Below are positions 61,585 to 64,000 of a DNA stretch of 64,000 nucleotides, piece by piece. Location: assembly GCA_002104905.1 (NCBI GenBank), contig MCFE01000279.1:1-64000 (forward strand), given 5' to 3'. Under the pieces are notes generated by a model. The model was not told the origin of the DNA and did not search any database. It saw only the letters and a list, made by a program, of their open reading frames with translations. The number at the start of each line of letters is the position of its first letter. Position 1 is the stretch's first letter. The translations under genes were made by a program, and so were the position numbers. Source of the DNA: Basidiobolus meristosporus CBS 931.73. Its lineage: Eukaryota > Fungi > Basidiobolomycota.

Positions 61585-64000
61585 ATGTGGTCGTCACCTA
61601 ATAAACTCTACTCTCTCATTTTGATTTTCGGCCTTGGTGAGTGCACCTTGCCTATCTGGTATTCGGCCCGCAATCACTTCACACATCAACACTATGCCAT
61701 TCGTATCAACAATGCTATCAGCCCACCAGAAGTGTCTGCGTTGTTAGGGTTACGGCACGTAGGCGTGATCAATGGTCTTCCCGACTACCACCTGTTTGCC
61801 GCGGCCAAAGAAGATTTCATGGTACACGATCGGATCGAAGGATTTCTCGACAGCCCGACCCCATTCTCTTCATTGCACAAGCGAGGAATACCTTCATTGG
61901 AGCACATAGACCATATTCATAAGGAGGAATTGCGCCAGAGAGTTAAGCGAGAGCCTACACCATCTCACCAGATGCGGCCCAACATCTCCACCCGTCAAGC
62001 CAGCATCCTCAATTTGGTGGACCCCGGATTTCGTAGACAGTGGCATCTGGTAGGCTATACGCATCCATTCGAGGAGGAACCTATTGTCGCTAACTATTCA
62101 ACCATCGAACTTCTTCCAGAATAATCAAGAAGACGTAGGCAACGACCTGAATGTGCTGAAGGTATGGGAAAGCGGTAAGTTGGAAACCACGTGGTTTGCC
62201 TGGAGAATTGTTCCTGACGGGGTCTTAGGAATTGTCGGTAAGGATGTGGTTGTGGCCCTGTTGGATGATGGACTGGACATGGACAGCGAGGATTTGACGC
62301 ATAACTATGTATGTAACTTTGAGCAGTGTTTGATAGAGCCTCATTATTGACTTTCGCGGGAAGTTTTCCGAGGGATCGTATGATTTTAATGACCATAGTT
62401 TAGTGCCGAATCCAAAGCAGCCTGATGACTACCACGGAACCAGATGTGCAGGGGAGATTGCTGCGGCAAACAATAGTGTTTGTGGGGTGGGAGTAGCATT
62501 TGGGTCCAAAGTATCTGGTAACAAGCTTCGATGCACTCATGCTTGACATCCCCTTGCGCTAAACTCATTCTACCGCTTACAGGGATACGGATACTTTCCG
62601 GGGCCATTAGCGATGTGGATGAGGCACTAGCCTTGGTTCATGAAAATCAAAAGAACCACATCTATTCATGTAGCTGGGGGCCACCGGACGACGGCAGATC
62701 CATGGAAGGCCCAAGTCAGGTTATTCTGGATGCTATGATATCTGGGATTACCAAGGGAAGAGGCGGGAAAGGTAGCATCTTTGTGTTCGCTACCGGTAAC
62801 GGCGGAGAGTTCGAGGACAATTGCAACTTCGATGGGTACGCCAACAGCATCTACACAATATCTATCGGAGCAATTGACCGGTTCGACCAACGACCCGCCT
62901 ATTCAGAGAAATGCTCTGCACAATTAGCAGTCACCTACAGCAGCAATACCAACGGCGATGGAATTGTAATCTTTCCCTTGAGCAATCTTGCAGACAAACG
63001 CTAACCATCTCTCCAACTAGTATACCACGGATGTGGGCAAGGATGCGTGTACCAATGCTCACGGTGGAACTTCTGCCGCCGCACCTTTGGCTGCGGGGGT
63101 GTTTGCACTGGTACTATCTATCCGGCCAGACCTTCACTGGAGAGACATTCAGCATCTAGCCGTGCGTACCGCACAGCCTTTCGCCCTAGATGATCCAGAT
63201 TGGCAGCCAACCACAGCGGGACACCAGTTCAATCATAAATTTGGCTATGGCAAACTGGATGCTTTTCGAATGGTAGAAGCAGCAAAGGAATACCACTCAG
63301 TTGGTCCTCAGGTGCAATACAACTCTGGCGTGATGGAGGTTAACCAACAGATACCCTCCTCCAGTGCCGGGTTAAAGCATGCATTCATTGTATCTCCCAA
63401 GATAGCACAAACCCATTTCCTGAATCTCCTGGAGCATGTGACCGTTACGATCAATATGGTGCATCAACGGCGCGGCGATGTTGAAGTTTATCTAATCTCC
63501 CCAAACAACGTGACGTCCGTGTTGTCCCCAGGCCGAGAATATGACGACAGCGAAGAAGGATTTAGAGGCTGGACATTCATGACTGTAAAGCACTGGTAAG
63601 TGTGCAAAGAGAGTAACCACATTACCGACACTAACCGGTATCAGGGATGAGCCAGTTGTAGGGGAGTGGTCGCTGCTGGTCATGGATCAAAAGAATCCTG
63701 AGAAGGTCGGAACACTGCAGTCCTGGAGTTTGACATTTTTCGGGGCAAAATCTGAGCCAGTAACGCCTAGCCCCGGAGAGAAACCCACGAATAATGCATC
63801 AAGCACAATCTCTAGCACCATAACCTCCCCTACAAGCCTTAGGTATCCACTAATTGCAATATTTGGGCTTGTAGTGCTTGTCGTAGCTACAACTTGTCGA
63901 CTGAACAGAGCTAATCCTGAATCTGCGAAAGCATATCTAAAATTACAGGACAATGATCGAGGAACAGAGACTGGCCCTGCCGCGGACCAACTTTTAGACG
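61585..64000 (+). CDS. KEX2: Kexin (Kex2/furin-like S8B proprotein convertase), 3' end beyond the window. Exons 61585-62049, 62120-62174, 62229-62308, 62364-62517, 62583-62965, 63021-63595, 63645->64000
   Basis: Six GT-AG introns of 49-70 nt whose phases give one continuous frame. Signal-like N-terminus, propeptide ending RVKR, triad LDDG / YHGTRCAG / GGTSAAAP, oxyanion GNGG, P-domain (HQRRGDV), Ser/Thr-rich linker, TM helix, cytosolic YLKL. An upstream in-frame ATG exists at 61537. Confidence 0.95.

Noticed and set aside
1-64000. Numerous 60-130 aa ORFs antisense to or frameshifted within transposon genes
   Set aside because: They are shadows or fragments of the decayed elements already listed.

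Overview
Eukaryotic, almost certainly fungal, genomic DNA: it has short GT-AG introns, a chitin synthase and a kexin. I cannot assign the lineage. About 80% of the window is a nested transposon graveyard with almost no CpG. Two CpG-normal islands (~22.95-31.85 kb and ~61.15-64 kb) carry the only clear host genes: an intronless division-2-type chitin synthase and a multi-intron KEX2 protease cut by the window end. The repeats include several copies of a CACTA/EnSpm-like family with CCCT(A/G) termini and a 3-bp TSD, two deleted copies of one Ty3/Gypsy family, one Ty1/Copia family nested into itself, four solo LTRs, and a PIF/Harbinger(PHIS)-type element with AAT TSD plus a cognate MITE. The most striking signal is in that PHIS element. 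Its transposase ORF is fully open and has zero CpG (all 27 Arg codons are AGR). Its partner ORF still has CpGs, is selectively stripped of TCG/CGA, and is broken by three in-frame TGA codons. This suggests CpG/TpCpG-directed repeat mutagenesis and a transposase recoded to escape it. All counts and alignments were done by eye and need computational confirmation.
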